Origin: Bispira polyomma
Lineage: Eukaryota
NCBI GenBank assembly: GCA_965649765.1
Contig: OZ287751.1
Span: 88,660,001 to 88,724,000, forward strand
Reading direction: 5' to 3'
DNA length: 64,000 nucleotides
In this document: in pieces, positions 62,356 through 64,000 of the stretch
Position numbering within the stretch: the first letter of the stretch is position 1
How the letters are laid out: the number at the start of each line of letters is the position of its first letter
Made by a program: the position numbers and the translations under genes
Notes under the pieces: model-generated
What the model was told of the DNA's origin: nothing
Seen by the model: the letters and a program-made list of their open reading frames with translations, nothing else
Database searches by the model: none

Positions 62356-64000
62356 TGGCTGTCTCACTATCACAATCTTAGCTCCCGACCATCCCGATTG
62401 GACAATCGGAAGAACAATCCGGACACTCAGGGAGTTGTCCCGACTTATCGTGGTCAATCAGGACACTCGCTGTCCCTCGTGCAAAATAACTAAGATGTTA
62501 GAAAACCTCTGCGATTTGATGATCTTCTGCCGACAGATTGGGGTCGATTGGGGTGAATTGTAAGCTGCTAACAAGTTATCTTAACCTTATAACGACCTAT
62601 CTTTCCAATCGGCATCTAAATCGGGAGAAAAATTTGCCATTTTGAAAACGTTAATTGTCCAATCCGTCCCGATTGGTCAGGAGCATTACGAGTTATGGTC
62701 TATTTCTCCCGAGTTATCCTGTAAAATGACAAGGATAGGTCTTAAGAAATACCCCGATCATAAAGATAACTCGGGAATGTCAAAAGGATAAGTCATTACC
62801 AAGTTCCCCATTGTAAAGATATCTCGGGAGAAGCGGCCGATAAATTGCAACAAAGCCCCAACTGTAAAGACAAATCGGGAAGATTAACGATATGTCAGGC
62901 GAAACAAAAGATAACTCGGGAGTGATAGCAATCACTCAGGAACAAATAAGGGGTGGGAGCAAAGAGTAAAAAAGGAAGACAGCACACTCGTTTTTAATCA
63001 GATTCATCCCAGCTGCAATTTTTGAGATAGAGAAATATAACAGGCTTTTATTTTTTATTTTAAAGAATAAGTGAGACTAGTTATACAAATATTGCAATTA
63101 TGCCAAAGAAAAGGAGGATACAGCCAAAACAGGAGGAGAAGAAGTTTGAAGGGAGGGATACAGATGATGAGGAGATTATTCCAGAAACACGACAGTCAGT
63201 TGAGGCCCCAGAATTTTGAACCGGCCTACTCTGAATATGGCGGAAATGCAGGACACCCACAAGACCCAGGATAATCAGAATACCCAGCATAATAGGGATA
63301 TCCCGGACAGTGAGGTGGCGGTCTTGAGTCGGAAACAGAAGAAGGGGAAGATGAAGACTGTGTTGCTCACCGATGGGCAGAAAGAGGCTGTGGTGGACTT
63401 CCTGAAGGAACATGAGTGGCTCTACAATAAGCGTGATCCACTGTATAAAGACATTCAGAGGAAGACCATGCTGTGGGAGTCGTACTGCTCAGCTAAGGGA
63501 TTGGATTACTTAGAAGTCGTGAAGTGGTTCACATCCCATTTTTGGCAAGCTGAGTCTGCCCAAGTCTGGGCAAGCTGCCCCAGAATTGACCGAGCGACAA
63601 CAGTGGGTGAAGACCATGTTCATCCAACTTGGCCTCACCAAAGCCTCTATTAACAACAACCGCAACAACCAAGACCACAGCCTCCTCCACAGCAACAGCC
63701 ACAGCCCGTGCCACATGTGATTACAACCCAAACAACACAAGCATTACCATCCATGCCTAGCACCAGTGGTATTTAGCAGAGCCATCAAGTGATATCTGGA
63801 GGCAGCTCTACTAGTGGAGCGTACTATAACTCACCATCAGTAGGTCCACTGTCAGTAGGTCCATTGTCAGTGGACAATAAGGACATCCTGAATACCTTGG
63901 GAGCTTCCTCATTTGCCAGAGAATTCGATTTAAACACACCAGACACCAGCTACCAGGACATTAAGACTCCTGCAGGATTTGGGGATACTGCTGACATACA
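62356..64000 (+). mobile_element. Harbinger-like DNA transposon (left end, subterminal repeats, MADF/Myb-like ORF); runs off the window
   Basis: tggctgtctcact-like end, dense cccga/tcggg subterminal repeats at 62385-62925, and ORF 63216-63653 with VVDFLKEHEWLYNKRDPLYKDIQRKTMLW..KWF (MADF-like). Confidence 0.6.

Overview
AT-rich, intron-containing animal genomic DNA, most likely a marine invertebrate. There are no prokaryotic features and no CRISPR array. Host genes: a multi-exon PGRP (amidase_2 fold) on the minus strand that lacks all three Zn ligands and has an in-frame stop in one exon; an intact 3-exon GAL3ST-family sulfotransferase whose stop-codon region is amplified as an 84-bp tandem repeat; a TMEM45-family gene with an intronless CDS; a disrupted CUB-like secreted-protein gene; and a decayed, possibly DEATH-domain gene. 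Repeats: a 4.4-kb 43-bp minisatellite with higher-order structure, two large Ngaro-like DIRS tyrosine-recombinase retrotransposons plus three remnants, an L2/CR1 LINE and fragments, tRNA-derived SINEs, Harbinger MITEs, Helentron-like remnants and a MADF-bearing Harbinger-like element. The most interesting signal is the apparent expression system of the DIRS elements. Both large copies have a phase-1 splice donor at the homologous position inside gag, matched to an acceptor at the start of the recombinase, which predicts a Gag-YR fusion. Both also show gag-pol recoding signals: a canonical -1 frameshift heptamer plus hairpin in one, and an in-frame UAG readthrough context in the other. All coordinates were read by eye and no searches were run.
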